Below are positions 1 through 13,019 of a stretch of 64,000 bases of DNA, one piece after another. How positions within the stretch are numbered: the stretch's first letter is position 1; each line of letters opens with the position of its first letter. The DNA is from Catajapyx aquilonaris (lineage: Eukaryota). The stretch lies in the NCBI GenBank assembly GCA_000934665.2, contig KZ537973.1, positions 1 through 64,000 of the forward strand. The letters are read 5' to 3'. The notes under the pieces are model-generated. The model saw only the letters and a list, made by a program, of their open reading frames with translations, ran no database searches and was not told the origin of the DNA. The translations under genes were made by a program, and so were the position numbers.

Positions 1-88
1 GCAGCAGCAGCACATCAGTCAACGGTCCTTTTCAGGACCAGCATTAGAAACGGCCCTTTTCAGGGCCAACACGAGATTCCGTAAAGGG

Positions 89-1519
89 TCACCAAACCAC
101 CTTGGGCATTCTGGTGACAAACTGCATGCGGAAATCCAGTGGCCAAGATGCATAGTTGACATATGCGACTGCATAATCGCGAAAGATGTTGATCATCGCA
201 CCCTCCGCTTGCCCAGAGAGAATGTACCCAACTGCACCGCTCAAGCTTCCGTTTGGCCTCATCACGTCGATGGCATCCTCTGTGAAATCGGTGTTCACAA
301 CGATCTCTATCTTCACATTCACCTCATCTTCTATTCCCACAAACTTCTTCTCAATAAAGTTCATTTCCCTTCCTATGCTTCTGGTATTCNTCATCGCACC
401 CTCCGCTTGCCCAGAGAGAATGTACCCAACTGCACCGCTCAAGCTTCCGTTTGGCCTCATCACGTCGATGGCATCCTCTGTGAAATCGGTGTTCACAACG
501 ATCTCTATCTTCACATTCACCTCATCTTCTATTCCCACAAACATCTTCTCAATAAAGTTCATTTCCCTTCCCATGATTCTGGTATTCATCCGAGCTTGTT
601 CAATGTAGACAGTCTCAAAGTGGACGAACTTCAACACGTAACCGTTACCTCTCTTCTCCTGGTCTTGATCCACGTACAGTCCTTCGACAGAGAAGTGGTC
701 TGCTGGATACTGACCTAGTTCTATGAAAGATGGGTTTCCCCCGTCGCAGAAGAAGCAGATCGTTTCAATGTGCAGAGTTTCTTCGTCGCTGTTGTACCTT
801 CGGGAAAAGGCGTGTCTCGGTTACTTGTTACTGCTCTTACTGCTTTACTTAAGGATAATGCACGATTTTCTACTCCAACAAGGCAAAATAATTACATCAT
901 ACAGAAGTGTTTACCTGGTGATCAATTTCCGTCGAATTCCCTTTGCCGGATGGAGCATGAGCATCTTCTTGTCCTGGTGATGAGAGAGGTTTCTAAAGTG
1001 GAAGAGGAAGTGGTGGTCCATGTTCCTGATCCTGACTGTCCCTGCCAGCTGAAGGATGAGACGGGGCAGACAGGAGGGTGAGTGGGACACCAACACGTGC
1101 AGCACGCGTGTTCCTCCTGGGTGATGGACCGCGGAGGCCATCACCTCCGGAGGCATGGTGGTGAAAGAGTGCATCTGCTCCGGACGTGTCATCTGTCCGC
1201 CGTACTCGTGCCATGGCCTGGGTCGAAAGGCGTTGGGTGCTTGGGAACTCACCGAGACAGACGTCGAATACGACCCGCTCTGTCGCAACAGCAACCCTCC
1301 CAGCAGGGATGACCCAACCCTTCTCTCTTCTCCGTCTCCCAAGGACAACACCAAGGACCAACCCTCCTCCTCTTCCTCCTCCTGATGGTCCAGAAGGTCC
1401 TCCACTATCCGGACCAACAATCCATCTTCCTCATCCTCTGGGGTCAGGGTCACCCCCCGTCCCTCTCCATCCCTGCAGATCATCGTCACCTGCAGAAGCA
1501 GCAACAACACACACTTCAT
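89..1519 (-). CDS. Divergent ionotropic receptor (variant iGluR), 5' part only; probably continues past the window start
   Basis: Signal-peptide start MKCVLLLLLQ at 1519. A GT-AG intron at 798-914 joins exon 1 in frame to YNSDEETLHIETICFFCDGG and then to ORF 89..673. The ICFFCDGG and PNGSLSGAVG motifs match the other IRs in the window. The exon contains a likely assembly duplication around the N at 390. Confidence 0.75.
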
Positions 1520-3428
1520 GACGTCGCGTCCCCTCTGTCAGCTAGCTCTCCAGAAAGTGCGCACATTTCGATGTTTACTGCGGTGAAACCTCATTCGAGC
1601 CAAAGCCCTCTCAATATTGAAAGAGAGGTAATCGTTACAAATTCATAACGCTCATTTGCGAAACGTTTGATTCATACACAGCATATTTTGGTGGGCCTGC
1701 GTAGAAAGTCAGAGGTATACCTGACTGGTATTACGAGTAGCACTAAGATTACAAGTTATTATGCAACACATTTTGCCTATTTTAAAGCAGATAAACGAGC
1801 ATAAATGGTATGAGAGGTGTTATTCATTGTAGCATCCCATTTCATGATGAATACATTAACAGAGAGAGGGGGGGGGGAGGGAGAGAGTAGTTAGTCCAAA
1901 ATCTCTTTGAAATCGTTATCATTGACGCGAACTGAGAGTTTTCAGGTAAATTGTGGTGATAAACGGTGCAAAACATTTGCTTTGTTAATTTTTTTTTGTG
2001 TTGAAATGTGATCGATTTTCATGGACACAATAACACATGTGGAACTGAAACTTGCGTCAGCCTGTGCAGGAATCGATGCGCTACTTGCCCTCTTGTCTAC
2101 CTCGAACGTGTGATCTTAATAGTATACACCTCGGTATACACACACAGTATGAGTGTGTATACAGGATGGGTCGGTGGGTGCAGGCTGGACCAATGACGAC
2201 CAGTCATAACCTTGACTTGGAAGGAGCTGTGCCTGTGCTGTGCCTGCTGGTGAAGTGACCAGACCTTCATGGCATCGCCAAGTGGACGTAGTACAGTACA
2301 GGTATGTGTAATGGGACAAATAGCCATTTCCCTGAGGTTCATTAAGTGCTGTACACTTAATTAACACAAGACTGTTAATAGACCACGAGCCCAGTCAAAT
2401 TGGGCTAATTACGTTGCAACGATGACTGCCTTTCACTTTTCCTATTCAAAATGGTATATTATTTTTAAAACAATTTCACCAACAAAACGATGAAGAGCAA
2501 CTAAATCGCGCCACTTAATTAAGTAAAATTTAAAGCCATCGAACTCGCATACAACACTGTGTTTCATTCCAGCACCTCTCACGTTAACTAAACATGCAGG
2601 CACAAATAATATTATTACTTAAAATATTCCTCTAAGAGGCCGGAATCGTGCATGTGTAATATGCCATAATATTATATCTGGTCAAATATCGGAGATAATA
2701 AGACGCACTTCCGTGTAACTGGCAAACAACCACGTCATTTTCAAGGGCATGCTTAGTAGGTAAATTGACCAGCCTCATCTGAAAACTGGTAGCTCCCTGC
2801 AGTTACAATATTACTTATCATATACTGTAGTAAATACACGAATGATCTGAATTAATTACCTTTAATCGCCGCGCCGTTTGCTGCGGTGAAGCTTTCAGTT
2901 TCCAGTGGAGAACCACAGAAACCGGCAGTAAAACAAACAATTCCGGAAACATTGGTAAATTAGTAGCTTACTTAATTTTTGTCCAGTTCTACAGGGACAA
3001 TAAAGGTAACATTTTCGCTAATGTGTACAGTTTTCCTCTCCCGTTATTGTATCCTTATCAGATATGACTAATCTTACCATAGTCTTCTCATGTTCGAGTA
3101 AAAAAAAAAACCAAACCGGTATAAGTAGCCTGCAGCAGATATTCTCATTAAAATTTACAATCTCGACAATAAATTTGCGTGTCAGTTCAGTTCATTGGCT
3201 TTATTTATTTAATAATTGGGTCGGTCTGTAGCAACTGCCACTTTGCCGACCACACATATTTCAACACAGCAAAAAAAAAAAACAGCATAGGAAAAATAAA
3301 TAAATTTCAACACAACTCAACACTTCTACACAATCATTTCAACACACCAAAAGCATCATCATAACAAGATTATTTTTTAACATTTCAAGAAATCACAAGT
3401 ACATTGTACAGTACTGACTGAAAGGGAT

Positions 3429-3990
3429 ATGGTCGAGGTGGAGGTGGCGGCAATAGGCGGGGCATTACGTTGGATGGACAAAATTGAGAATATGGATCGA
3501 GGCACTTTGTTGGGAAAGATATGGACGGAGATGATGAGGATGAACGGGGGAAATCAGTTATTGTGGAAGGATTTAAAAAGAAAGGAAAGGGAATGGGGTG
3601 TTGAAGATGACGAAGAGTGGCAGAGGAAGACTTGGGAGGAAAAGAGGATATAGGATTACTAAATGGACTAAAAGACAGAAAGGTTGAGGAAAGGTGGGCC
3701 AGAATAAATGCCTCAGAGAATTGGACGGATTATAAGTAGGCCCTATCTTAAAAAGGAGCCAGGGGAAGAGGACTATTTGCAAAGGGATAATGTGAAATTC
3801 CTCGAGGTCCTGGCAAAGCTCAGATGAAGAACGCTCACCAGAAGCAATAATTGGAGGTGGCTATAGGGGACGAGGAAAGGAAATGTTATTTATGTGGGGA
3901 GGATGAGGAGAATTTGATGCACGTAATAAGGGATTGTGAGGCCACGGACAGAGAGAGAGATTGTTATGGGTTCAAGGCGTGGATGGAGTT
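3429..3990 (+). mobile_element. Degraded non-LTR retrotransposon (LINE) ORF2 C-terminal remnant
   Basis: Purine-rich broken frames encoding LAKLR*...DEERKCYLCGEDEENLMHVIRDC, a C-x2-C-x8-H-x4-C knuckle typical of LINE ORF2 C-termini; several stops. Confidence 0.65.
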
Positions 3991-5128
3991 CAAGATTTAG
4001 AGTCGATGGATTCGGTGTTGCTATAGATGTTAGGAAAAGAGGGGGGTTGTGTCGGTATACCTACATGCGCTTACCAAAAAACAGAGAGACAAAGTGGTTG
4101 GTCGTCAGGGTACATTTTTTTGTGATCTAAAGTAATTGTGACTTACCCAAAAGCAATATTAAGAATCCACGCAGTGTATGGTATCTATACTGTACCTACG
4201 AGGGACTTGTGTAACATGTTGTAACTCACTGTCCAGCCACAGGTCATATATTAAGTGAACTTCCCTTTGTTGACAATATATTTCCTCTTTGATTGTATTA
4301 GCATCATGGCTTCTCTGCACCTTCGATCGCACTTACTGCCTTGAAAGTGAACTCATTTCCAATTGGAAATGGCAAAGTATACTGCATTTGGAATGGTTTA
4401 CATGTGTGCAGATTTATTACTAATATTTCCAATTGGTGGAAATACTGCCTAAATATTTGACATGTATGCCACTGCCAAAGGTGACGTAATGGGTATTTTG
4501 GAATAAGATAATTCTATATAAGTTAATAGAAATACTGCAGCTGCAATCATCTTACCATGTCTATCCATCAGCAGATTATTACATGTTCAGGAACATGAAT
4601 GACAGATAAGATACACATATTATGAAGGTAAAATTATACTGCCGCTTTATTTTCAAAATATTCTCCACAAACACTCATTGTGTAATCCATTATACTCATG
4701 TGCACATATTTACAAGAAGTGCACCATACCTATGGAACAAGAGTCAGGTCAGAGTCATGTTGGTGAAAATATTGTATACATTCCAGGGTCAAGTTGGTCA
4801 TTGTAATTATAATAAGCGGGAACAATACTTTCGGCACATTCAGCAGTGTTGTGAAATTCAGAGCATGAAATTGGCGAATTTGCAACTTTTAAATTGCCCT
4901 CGAAAATTGGAAGGTGCAGGAATTTTTCTTCCAATTTCTACAGCCACAGTAGAACATGCCCAAATTTTAGAAGCACAAGTAAACTAAAACTGACACTTAA
5001 TTAGATCCATGACACGTGACTCACGCCAGATATGATAGCGTAACCATTAACTATTAACAGTATCTTGTTAAACCCTTAAAGCACTATGATATGAGAAAAT
5101 AAAATTCCCACTGCAACTAAGGGAACAC

Positions 5129-8100
5129 TTAGGTGTGGACCTTGTAATGTTTAACCAGGCGTGAATGAAGAGAAAACTGCTTCCCACATGTGTCACATGC
5201 AAACGATTTCTCTGCCTCATGCACTGCCTTCTTATGTGCCATCATGTTAGCATTCAGGCTGAACTTCCTTCCACACACGTCACACTCGTACGGCTTCTCC
5301 CCAGTGTGAGTCCTCATATGAACCTTAACCTGATTGTAGGTGCGAAACTTCCTCCCACATTCTGTACACTCTTGAGGCTTTTCTCCAGTGTGTGTCAACT
5401 GGTGCTCCATCAGGCTATGTTTAAAGATAAAACTCTTCCCACATTCTGCACACTTGTGTGGTTTTTCACTAGTATGTGTCAACAGGTGTATCTTCAGGCT
5501 ACCTTTGAAGGCAAACCTTTTTCCACAGGAGTTGCACATGTGTGGTTTCTCACCAGTATGCAATATCCTGTGTGCTTTCAATGATCCTTTTTGGCTGAAA
5601 ATCTTATCACACATTGCACATTTGTACGGTTCCTTTCCAGTGTGGATAAACATGTGATACTTCAGTGCCTCCTTGGTTTTGAATTGTTCACTACAAACGA
5701 TGCATTTATTAGACCTTCCACCGGTGTGGTTATGAATGTGATTGGTCAGTTGTACCTTGGTTTTGAAATGTTTTCCACAAGCTTTGCATTCATAGTCAGC
5801 AATGTGCCTTTGCTTGTGTGCATAGTAAGAACTGTAAAGATGAAATATCTTCCCACAAATGTTGCATTGATACGGTTTTCCTCCCACATGTTTCCTGCGA
5901 TGTGAAACCAAGCTATTGTGAAAACGATAAGCCTTGTCACAAATGTTACACTTAAAATTCTTCTCTCCAGTGTGGACAGCTTTATGGCGATTCAGTGCGC
6001 TTCTGGTTATAAATGCTTTTCCACATGTCTCACAAGTAACTTGCTTATCACCAGTGTGGGTTTGCCTGTGACGTTTAAGATATGATATTTGAGTATATGT
6101 CTTACCACATGTCTCACACATACATGCTTTTTCATTGGTGTGTGATTTCTCATGCATTCTTAGACTACCTTTGGTAGTGAATGACTTCCCACATGTATTA
6201 CATGTTCTGTCTTTCAAGTCCTGCTTATGATCACAAATGTTACACTTAAAATGCTTCTCTCCCGTGTGACCAACTTTATGGCGATTCAGTGGGCTTCTGG
6301 TTATAAATTCTTTTCCACATGTCTCACACGTAACTTGCTTATCACCAGTGTGGGTTTTCCTGTGACGTTTAAGACATGACATTTGAGTAAACCTCTTACC
6401 ACACGTCTCACATATGCAAGCTTTCTCTTTGGTGTGTAATTTCTCATGCAATCTTAGACCACCTTTGGTAGTGAATAACTTCCCACATGTATTACATATT
6501 CTGTCTTTCAAGCCCTGCTTATGATCACTATTACCGTGCTTGCTCAGATCATCACATACTGAGTTCTTGTCCCCTGTAGAAGGAGATAAGAGTGGATTGC
6601 TATCTGAGAGAGGAGGATGTGGATCTGATTTCAATTCTCCTGGTTGTTGATCAGCGGCTCTGTTGAATTCCTCCTCCGACAGGGTTGTCATTGCTGATGG
6701 TGCAGTCTTTCCCTTAGAAACTGGTTTCCTCTTGTGACTGCAAGATTCCAATAAAATGCTGATTAGACAAACTACAGTAGGATATGTTGAAACCTGCATG
6801 TGATTTACTAGTAAAACTAATTCTCCAGCCCAGAGTGCAGTATAGGGATATCAATACTGCATAAAGACAATAAGAAGAGATCAGGTGGGTAGCTTGTACA
6901 CTTCTGATTCTGAAAAAATCTTTTTGGCCATTTTTAAGCTTTAGATCTGGTGGTCCTCAACCGCAAATCTAAAAAGTATCAAGAATGGTACAATCTGAGA
7001 TCAGGCTAAAGGTCAATCAGGTGGCAGGCCATGAAATCTTACTACATTGATCTTCTTAGTTGCAGGTGTAAAACAAAACCTCCTTACTTCTGTGCTACGG
7101 TTAACCTTCTTCTCGCAATAAAATAATTTGTAGTTTTTAAAGCATGCACAATTTTCTCATAGCTTGGGCTGTTATGTAAGATTCTAATTACTTAATCATA
7201 TGTAATGCATTGCAGGTAGCACAGTAGCAGGTACAGACAGGAGTGACCATGTTGGTTAAGCCTCACTTGAAGTAATTTTACACCCATTTCACATCAATTT
7301 CCCTGCAAGTTTCATTCGTTACATAGCAAGAGTAATATTATTTGTTACGACACACGACATTTTTACCCACCTGGAGTTTCCTTTTACCACTTCTGAGGTT
7401 ACTCTTCGCTTCCTGACTTTCTTCGTGAAAGTGCTGCTGGGGTTTGTCACACCGCCTGGAACCTCCTGTGACAGTATCACTTCAGCTGATGCTGTTGCAG
7501 GTACCTCATTTGTCTTGCATGTCAAAGCTGCACTCGGCTGTGACTGAAAGCCTGAAATATAATGCCATCTGTAGAACATTAACTTTATTTCAATGCATTG
7601 CTATTGTTACTACTATTACAGGTACAGTGCTGGACAAATTAGCCGTCGCTGAATGTTTTTTTTCCGTCGGCGACAGCACTGCGTTACCTGGCAACCCTGT
7701 CCGGTTGGGCCAATTCAAACATCAGCCCATGGAGAGCGCTTCCATTGTTGCCACTGTTTACAAATCGAGTGAGTGACGCGGACGACCCAGCGACGGGTCT
7801 CTTCTGCCTGCGCACTCACTCACTCGATTTGTAAACAGTGGCAACAATGGAAGCGCTCTCCATGGGCTGATGTTTGAATTGGCCCACTGGACAGGGTTGC
7901 CAGGTAACGCCGCCGCCGCCGGAAAAAAACATTCAGTGACGGCTAATATGTCCAGCACTGTACTGTTAAAATTGTGAGTGGTAGGCCTACCATACATTTC
8001 TTACTCAGGAGCATGACAAGCTTTAACATTTATGAGATAATAAAATAAGTGATATTCCCCAAGGTTCACTTAGCCTGACAGTCACGTTTGGGAGACAAGT

Positions 8101-9814
8101 GGAAGTGCAGCCCCTTTTGTGAGCAGCATAAAAGTACACATACAGATGCACTAAACAGTAAAGCATGAAAGTGAGTGATATACTATTTCAAATGACTTTA
8201 AATTATCATAATATGTTAGGGTATGGACATTTTTGACCCACCCTGTACATTACATCACCAAAACCAAAATCAGAGTAATTTGATAGGGCCAAACAAAAAA
8301 TTTCAACCAAGTTATTTCCATTATGTACTTGCCTTTCACTGATAGGTTTCACTGAATATAATTGAGGAGAAACTGCCAAAAAACAGCACTCTTGACTTTG
8401 ACAGTTGAGATTCCCACGGACATTTATGCCCGAAAAACATAATTATGTTGTAACACAATATGCCTTACCATATTCCATGCTTTCCTTCAGACAGGGTACG
8501 GACACACAGTAGACATTTGAAAGGCCATCGGAACAGAAAATGTTTTGATATGAAATATTTCCAGTTTGCTCTTGTTGATTGACTCTCTTGACTTCCCCTA
8601 TAATGGCAAGCACTGCTGCTGGTGATGTCTTCTGCATGCAAGAGGTCTTGCAACTGCAAAAAAAAACAGTCAGTCACATTAACATATTTGAGTCACAAAT
8701 AACTTTGCCTCATGGAACAATAACATTGAACAGCTGTTATATTGAAACCTGTTGGTGGAACTGTCATAGTTCCTTAAATATTATCTGCTTGCACAGATTT
8801 CCTTCATATGCAAAAAAAATATATAAGATATTGGAAATTCTCAGCCAGGAGAAACATAATGAACAAGTTTCCGTGCATAAAGTGTTCATTTTGACAAGTT
8901 GCACTATGACATTTTTAAAATGGGCATCACATAATTTTATATTATGCAACAGGAGTGAAATGGAACCCTAGTTTTCCTTCAAAACGTGGCCTCTGAGTTA
9001 TGTATTCCCAGCAAGCAAAATTACATGGGAAACTTTTAGGTCAGACTTACACTCTTATGTTGCCAAGCAAAATGCAATCACCCACCTGAGATTCTGTTTC
9101 AAGATTTCCATTTCCTTTCTTTCATTTCTGACTGTCATTGGTGGGGTGCTGGAGACGTCTGGCAACACGTCTGCAGTAGGTTGTAAGGTTTCAGCCTCTA
9201 GAAAAGGAATTTCCAGTGATTTCCGTGGCTCAAGAGTCAGTGGCACAGCAACCTCTCGCTCTACAGTAAATTATTAACCATGCGGTACTGTCATGTTATG
9301 CAACCCAAAATGAAATCCTGAGGTTAAACAGCTTGTGTCCCACATGAAGATGCGTTGATTACATTTGCTAGTTAGAGACTGTAACGTTATGGCGTAGAGC
9401 TTGTACCTGCGCAATTGAGTGGCGGCAAGGGGTTCTTCTCGACCTGTGCTCTGCCAGCCCGCGGATCAGGTTCTGCAAGTAAATGCTGGAATGAGTGCCA
9501 CCAAGGCCATGTTCATGCGACGCCATACCTTCAAATCCAGTCAAGCGGAGCGTAGGCGATGCAGTTCTATTGAGCTTCGCTTCTTCATCGAAGAGACGTG
9601 GAGGAACGAAGTGTTCCTGGAGGAAGTGGGCCGAGCATATCTGTGCAGACTCCGGCCTGAGAACGGCCTTCATCCACAGGAAGAGCCGCTTCGGGTCCTC
9701 GGTTGGGAAAGGGAAGTACGTCGCAGCTGGCCTCTGTCCTGCTGCCAGCTGCCCAAATCGGCTGTGCGGACAGGTGGACACGCAGCATGTGGGTCCAGAC
9801 CAGGGAGGCAGCAT
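5129..9814 (-). CDS. THAP-domain plus 16 C2H2 zinc-finger protein (gene A), about 811 aa, 5 coding exons
   Basis: Exons 9814-9529 (THAP: CCVSTC..FPFP..W..CSAHF..ASPTL), 9260-9086, 8653-8469, 7551-7371 and 6737-5129. All introns are GT-AG with phases 1,2,1,2; total 2436 nt. The last exon has 16 fingers, many with TGEKP-type linkers. Confidence 0.85.
7625..7960. mobile_element. Tc1/mariner-type foldback MITE in an intron of gene A
   Basis: TIRs CAGTGCTGGACAAATTAGCCGTC / GACGGCTAATATGTCCAGCACTG flanked by TA; almost the whole element is self-complementary. Confidence 0.9.
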
Positions 9815-9902
9815 CTTCCAGGCCGCAGTATTAAACACGAGATGGAATACCAAACGGCGGGTAATGCAGAATAACGAGCCTCAAAACATTCCAACGGCTT
9901 CC

Positions 9903-9916
9903 GACGCCATGTTGGT
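9903..9916 (-). promoter_or_regulatory. YY1-like CAACATGGCG motif near the putative TSS of gene A
   Basis: CCAACATGGCGTC lies about 90 nt upstream of the ATG. The same (C)AA(C/G)ATGGCGTC motif precedes genes B, C, D and MED20. Confidence 0.45.
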
Positions 9917-12589
9917 GGCCGCATTCGCATCGCTGCCAACGGATCTGCTCGAAGCAGTGGATCGAAGGGACTTACACGATGGCCGACAATAAGTTAGGGG
10001 CATTTTAAAAAATATCTATGGTTCCAACATTTTCGCGGCGGGCTATGGCCTTGCAATCGACATAGGTCTAATATGATCAATTAATTGTAATTAAGACATA
10101 CCGTAACCAAAACCGAGTTATCTCGTCTATTTGCTGTGGAAAAGGATATAATCACAAATGAACGGAAATGTGGCTATACCTCTGCTGTATATATTTTCAA
10201 AATAATGTCCTCTTATTAGTTCCTGGATTTTATTGTAAATGTTATACGCATTGAGCAACACAAATAGCTTCGAATTTACTACGACATTTACGTATTTACG
10301 AAAAATTTTCATTTGGGATGTTAGGCGTTAGCTATAGTAAATTGGCCTTCCTCTTCATGTGCGTATAGTTGGTGCTGATGAAGCAAGATTGTCCTTGAAA
10401 GCGTGAGATTGCATTTCCAGATACTTCGATTTCGTAAACATGCATAATTGCCTCGTCGCTACCTATGGGTACTAATTGCTTGCCCGTTTGGATGTTATCT
10501 TTTCAAGACGTGTGGCAATGCGTGCGGCAAACGCTCGATAGGTTATGGCTCCAACTTCCCAGTTATTCAATGTCAGCTCAGGTGTTTCAACGCGACCTTC
10601 ATCAGCATTTACATGGAAACCTTTCGAATAATTCCACTTTTTATTCGCTTCTATTGATTTATAGTTACTGCTGGAAATTGAACATGACGATTAAAAAGTA
10701 TAGTCTGTCACGATAACTCAAAAAACGGTCAGCTTCGCAGCTCTTTTTTTAAAAACAAATTATAGTTCATTCCAGCTATACGGACTCCACTGGAATTACC
10801 AGCTGTATGATTAATTATTCAGGATCATGTTGCACTAAGTCGTGCTTTATGCTGCTGCAATAAGCAACAAAATTGTGATTAATATTTTAAAAGGTTAGTG
10901 AAACACACTGCCTAACTAGGATTTCAAGACAAGCCTAGTCATCAATGGTTATTCAGGAGTGCAATTATTATTAGGATGCCATTTTGTTGTGCACTGCATT
11001 TTACAATACAATACAATACTGTGTACAATCAAATATATTGCAACCCTTCTTCCTCTGCTTCATCCTGACTCTTAGTGGCCACCCAAGGGCCTCTTCTGCT
11101 CGACGGGTAGCGGGCAAGTCAGGATGAAATAACACAGTGGCTCAAAAATTCTGTCGGGATGTGGAGGCTACTATTCTCTTTCAATGGAGCTTGCATCATA
11201 CTGGCTCATTAGCTTGTTTGGGAATTCATTTATCTTCACTGGATAATCGTCAGGAAAAAAAGTACTCCGCTTATTGCACGCCACAGAAAAAAAGTCATTT
11301 TTTCAGACTCTCGGGCTTAATCTTCTGGCGAGACTCGAAAACGAACCTTATGGTTGACTTCTGAGATCTCGACGGGAAAAAAGGGCTTTTATGCCATTTG
11401 AGATCGAGGACGAAGCGAGACGAGCAACAATGAGCAGCGTTTTCTGACAAAACAATATTATTGGCTGCTTCAGTTCACCTTTGGTAAAATGGTACCTAGA
11501 GTACAATATGCTGTAAGTAGGGGAACCTAAAGTGAGTGTGTGTGTGTGGAAGAAGAGGAATGCATCAACACTGTGAACTTCCCAACGCACTATTTATTCA
11601 AATAATAATATTCATTTACAAGGAAACGTGGGAGGAGAGTCGAACCAGTGTCGAAATGCTTATTACATCGTACATTTTCGATTCGTACGTCGTTCGTGGC
11701 GTGTGAATCGCACATCGCTACAAAAAAAAAAAAAAAAATGTGCCTCAGATAAGCTAGTGGAAACCGAATGCAGCAGGAAATGTGCTGTCAGTGTTCTTCA
11801 TAGTGATTCATATTGAAAAATGAATTATTATATGCGTTGACACTATCATGGCGATAGCAGTACAAGGTGCTATAATTATATCCAGGGCAGAACATCTGTC
11901 TTAGAATACATCAATATTGAAGGAGAAAAAATAGTGTCAACGTGATTTAAGGTAAAGCTGAAATTGCCCTTTCCGACAAACAGTAGCTTATAAAAGGTGT
12001 TTCATAATTCACCCGACAAACTTCTAGGGTGACCTCCTGAGTGCCAGTGGTTCACATTATGCAAAGTTACATGCCGTTGTGTTTTCCGACACTACAACTA
12101 ACCCTGGCTCGGTTTTACTAGCCGACATCGGGAAAACCAAACGAGGGACAGGAGCTCAAAAATATTGTGGGGGTATCTCTTGAATTCGTGATTAGTTTAT
12201 GTCAACAAACCCCCGATTTTCAATAGCTACATACCGAGGTCACAAGGAGGTTGACAAGCCCAAATTGGGAAACTCTTCGTGGAGCGCATCAAATTATTGC
12301 GCACACCTTAATTCTGTGGATGGTACCACCAATTGCCAAGCTTGTGCTCTAACCACTGAGCTACCAGGAGCTGACATCTGTGGATGGTAATATGCCCAAA
12401 AAGTCCTGAAATTGGCATGAAAAAAGCCAGAATAGGCAAAACAGTTCCCAAAACCACGAAATAGGCGAGGCACTATAAAACCTACATTTTCCACATCCTG
12501 CACTTATGAAACGGATAGATCTCTTCACAAAACGATCCCGACTGTTAAGGAACGAAACAGGCATTTGCCTCAAACTCCGGATTCTAGTT

Positions 12590-12740
12590 ATAACTGACTC
12601 CCTTTCAGTGCCCCTAGAGGAAAATATAGGGAGAGAAGGGTGCGGGGTTTGAGGTCAGGGGATCGTGCAGTCCATAGTCCTCGCGAGATAATGAGGTCTG
12701 AAGTGAGGTCCGCAGCAAAGGCACATGAACTTTGTGTGCG
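12590..12740 (-). mobile_element. Tc1/mariner transposase fragment
   Basis: The minus frame encodes LIISRGLWTARSPDLKP, matching the WPARSPDLNP catalytic-region motif; the rest is degraded. Confidence 0.55.
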
Positions 12741-13019
12741 CTGTGGTGCCTTCTTGCTTGGAACCAGGCCTATGCAATATCTCTCTCCTTCAGTTGAGCT
12801 GTGAATGTTTCCAGAATGCATGCTGGGCTGTGACTGGTATATACCTATAGTATAGCCCACTACAACGTTTCATCATACCCTCTTCAGTGCACAGTAACTT
12901 TGCGGAAACCATGTGTAGTAGTGGGTCTCCGGACGGCTGCAGTCCATATTGATGGAAAAGCCTCACTTGGTGCTGAAAGACTGGCGACATAAAACAGGTC
13001 AGTAATGCGTGTCGCCCTG

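Noticed and set aside
8220..8248. Tc1-like terminal sequence TTTTTGACCCACCCTGTA
   Set aside because: No partner TIR found, so no element can be delimited.
12340..12373. tRNA-like 5' half on the minus strand (GGTAGCTCAGTGGTTAGAGCA)
   Set aside because: No anticodon arm, T arm or B box; probably a SINE head remnant.
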